Part shown: positions 63,896 through 64,000 of the stretch, piece by piece
Layout of the letters: each line of letters opens with the position of its first letter
Position numbering within the stretch: the first letter of the stretch is position 1
Assembly: GCA_964247055.1 (NCBI GenBank)
Contig: OZ176058.1
Coordinates: 62,001-126,000, forward strand
Source: Paragordius varius
Lineage: Eukaryota > Animalia > Nematomorpha
Length of the DNA stretch: 64,000 bases
Direction: 5' to 3'
The notes under the pieces: generated by a model
Database searches by the model: none
The model's input: the letters and a program-made list of their open reading frames with translations, nothing else
What the model was told of the DNA's origin: nothing
Position numbers and translations under genes: made by a program

Positions 63896-64000
63896 TAATA
63901 AAATAATTTAAAACAAATTAATGAAAAAAGGACCAGATAGTATAAATTAAAATGTATAATTGTAATAAATAATATATTTTTAAATAATTATATATAATAA

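Overview
Very AT-rich, intron-rich animal (invertebrate, ecdysozoan-like) genomic DNA, not prokaryotic. It holds two convergent (tail-to-tail) muscle genes. (1) On +, a complete paramyosin gene (Prm/unc-15 family): ATG at 785, 16 coding exons giving 883 aa, and a probable unannotated 17th exon (33970-34167) giving a 939-aa isoform with a different tailpiece. (2) On -, the last six coding exons (59904 to 48153) of an FHOD-family formin (end of FH2 plus DAD-like tail). Introns and intergenic DNA are packed with two TA-flanked MITE families (about 30 and 7 copies), a tRNA-derived SINE, (TA)n microsatellites and tandem arrays. The most unusual feature is that most large tandem arrays are 'echoes' of exon boundaries: they repeat the last or first codons of the neighbouring exon plus its splice site. 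Many echoes differ from the real exon mainly at synonymous positions. The extreme case is about 28 copies (~7 kb) of the 3' end and stop codon of paramyosin exon 17, where indels are multiples of 3 and substitutions are mostly silent. Other candidates: in-frame alternative and micro-exons, a possible miniparamyosin-like start, and a ~16-kb-offset duplication suggesting a second FHOD 3' module beyond the window. All exon structures were derived by eye (GT-AG, phase continuity, remembered homolog sequences); no searches were run.
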